DNA from: a virus | DNA length: 42,728 nucleotides | IMG/VR virus record: IMGVR_UViG_3300012793_000001 | Span: 1 to 42,728 of that record | Reading direction: 5' to 3' (one strand) | In this document: piece by piece, positions 41,644 to 42,728 of the stretch | How the letters are laid out: the number at the start of each line of letters is the position of its first letter | Numbering within the stretch: the first letter of the stretch is position 1 | Position numbers and translations under genes: made by a program | The notes under the pieces: model-generated | The model's input: only the letters and a program-made list of their open reading frames with translations | What the model was told of the DNA's origin: nothing | Databases searched by the model: none

Positions 41644-41679
41644 AAAATAAAAAGAAGCGAATCTTAAAGGACTCGCTTC
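41644..41679 (-). terminator. Intrinsic terminator 20 nt upstream of the metallophosphoesterase start codon
   Basis: On the minus strand: GAAGCGAGTC-ctttaa-GATTCGCTTC (10 bp, one G-U pair) followed by TTTTTATTTT. Confidence 0.7.
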
Positions 41680-41797
41680 ACCATATTCATCAGAATAAAG
41701 GTTATAAGAAATATCTATATTATTGATCTTATCCTTTACCTGATAATACTATTTTACCCCTATTGACAGTGAGACAACTATACGTTTTTGTCTCAAT

Positions 41798-42211
41798 TTA
41801 ATTGATTTCACCAATTCTTCTACCAAAATCGAATAATACTTTTTGCCGGATCCGATAGATTGTTGGTTTGCTGTATCCGTGTTTATCTCCGAAAGATTTC
41901 CAATCCATCCAGCTATCTTCACCCCAGTATTTTGTCTCAATCAACTGTCTTATTTCCGCACTTTGATCGCTTAGAGTTTCCTTCACAGCTTTCTTCCACA
42001 ATTCCCGATTCATAATATAAGGATCAGACATTTCCTTGATTACTTGTGACTCAATCGGATTGCTCATAATGTTACTCCGACCTCCACCGATATTTTCATC
42101 GACTTCTCGAAGCTTTAACTCTTCCTTACGAATAGCAATCTCTTTGTTGTATGCTGGATAGTTAGCAAACTTTCTATCCAGCTCATTGATTAATGAATCA
42201 TTCTTTCCCAA
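41798..42211 (-). CDS. arpU: ArpU-family late transcriptional regulator (TTG start)
   Basis: YPAYNKEIAIRKEEL...GGGRSN...ETKYWGED...GYSKPTIYRIRQKVL pattern. AGGAGG lies 9 nt upstream of the TTG. Confidence 0.75.
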   Translation of the reverse strand: MGKNDSLINELDRKFANYPAYNKEIAIRKEELKLREVDENIGGGRSNIMSNPIESQVIKEMSDPYIMNRELWKKAVKETLSDQSAEIRQLIETKYWGEDSWMDWKSFGDKHGYSKPTIYRIRQKVLFDFGRRIGEIN

Positions 42212-42307
42212 TCACTTGCCCTCCTCATTATCCAATCTCTTACCAATCACAACACCTACGAATATAATCGCAACAAATGCCACGAATCCTAACACTATAA
42301 AAGTCAT
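42212..42307 (-). CDS. Micro-ORF, 31 aa, single TM helix (MTFIVLGFVAFVAIIFVGVVIGKRLDNEEGK)
   Basis: Hand translated. AGGAGGGTAACTA RBS. Fills the gap exactly between its neighbours. Confidence 0.5.
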   Translation of the reverse strand: MTFIVLGFVAFVAIIFVGVVIGKRLDNEEGK

Positions 42308-42310
42308 TAG

Positions 42311-42499
42311 TTACCCTCCTGCTTCCATCGCATCCCGAGCTAACGGATCGCTTTTGAAAATTTCATATTTCCTTTGCACTTCTTGTAACTGCTGTTCTAG
42401 CTTCACGATCTGCTTTTGTTGGTCAATTATTGTATAGGATAGCCAACTTAGGCCTGCGATCGTTAGCAGTATTATGATGATAGAGTGACTAGTTTTCAT
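42311..42499 (-). CDS. Small membrane-anchored coiled-coil protein (62 aa)
   Basis: TM helix IIIILLTIAGLSWLSY. Start moved to the second ATG. Confidence 0.55.
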   Translation of the reverse strand: MKTSHSIIIILLTIAGLSWLSYTIIDQQKQIVKLEQQLQEVQRKYEIFKSDPLARDAMEAGG

Positions 42500-42728
42500 T
42501 GGCTTGCTCCACAATGCCGTCAGAAGTACTAAAGTATTCTTTATCTAACAAGTCTTGATTTTGATAAATGTTTCCTACTACCTCTAATCGGTTTCTCGCA
42601 CTCATCAACTCTGTATCATAAATATGCTTCCCTTTGATTCTATATGCACCGCTATCCATTCTGTAAACTTGTACATAGCTGTGCCAGTAAGTATCACTGT
42701 AATTAACGGATGAACTTGTATGCAAAAG
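42489..42728 (-). CDS. YopX-domain protein, 3' part (same gene as 1..321; 42606..42728 duplicates 1..123)
   Basis: Continuous reading frame across the circular junction. Confidence 0.85.
   Translation of the reverse strand, partial: LLHTSSSVNYSDTYWHSYVQVYRMDSGAYRIKGKHIYDTELMSARNRLEVVGNIYQNQDLLDKEYFSTSDGIVEQANEN
42606..42728. repeat. Terminal overlap, identical to 1..123
   Basis: Direct comparison of the two ends. Confidence 0.95.

Larger units (their letters stand above)
1..42728. mobile_element. Complete temperate siphovirus-type phage genome (circular, 42,605 bp unique). Contains integrase, repressor switch, replication, packaging, head, tail and lysis modules
   Basis: The gene content read from the ORF track covers every phage module. 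The two window ends overlap by 123 identical nt. Confidence 0.95.

Noticed and set aside
41749-41940. 63-aa minus-strand ORF overlapping the 3' end of the ArpU gene
   Set aside because: It is an alternative frame of a well-supported gene and extends into the structured leader, with no RBS.

Overview
The window is a complete, circularly closed genome of a temperate siphovirus-type phage. The first 123 nt are identical to the last 123 nt, so the unique length is 42,605 bp. The host is probably a low-GC Gram-positive bacterium: the ArpU-type late regulator, XRE/ImmA switch, XhlA-holin-amidase lysis cassette and about 35% GC look Enterococcus/Listeria-like. All domain calls come from reading motifs by eye, and no database search was run.

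Layout:
- Plus strand, 9.4-12.7 kb: lysogeny module with XRE repressor, ImmA-like metalloprotease, lipoprotein and tyrosine integrase. A candidate attP follows, carrying a tmRNA-like 3' end and phased arm repeats.
- Plus strand, 13.0-15.4 kb: cargo with an SOS-box-controlled Y-family DNA polymerase, a small unknown protein and a lipoprotein.
- Minus strand, from 9.1 kb down through coordinate 1 and on from 42.7 kb down to 15.5 kb: cro-like and xis-like genes, then the early/replication genes (ERF, HNHc nuclease, replisome organizer with internal iterons, RusA, SSB, YopX), then ArpU.
- Minus strand continued: two metallophosphoesterase genes, HNH, TerS, TerL, portal, ClpP-like protease, HK97-like capsid, head-tail joining genes, major tail protein, Ig-like protein and G/G-T chaperone.
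- Minus strand continued: tape measure, Dit, a Tal fused to a metallophosphoesterase domain, a collagen-like fibre, XhlA, holin, amidase and a membrane-anchored cargo protein.

Most notable observations:
1. A homologous 20-codon peptide lies in the -1 frame just past the stop codons of both the major capsid and the major tail genes. Each is reachable only through a homopolymer slip site.
2. Two paralogous calcineurin-type metallophosphoesterases are present, one fused to the tail tip and one free-standing between two terminators. A third, more distant one carries an HTH N-terminus.
3. One promoter/5'UTR cassette occurs three times. It drives two plus-strand genes embedded antisense in the early operon (a zinc-ribbon/DUF4145-like protein and a membrane protein), and a third orphan copy points antisense into the xis/cro-like genes.
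4. The genetic switch is built from two identical promoters arranged face to face.
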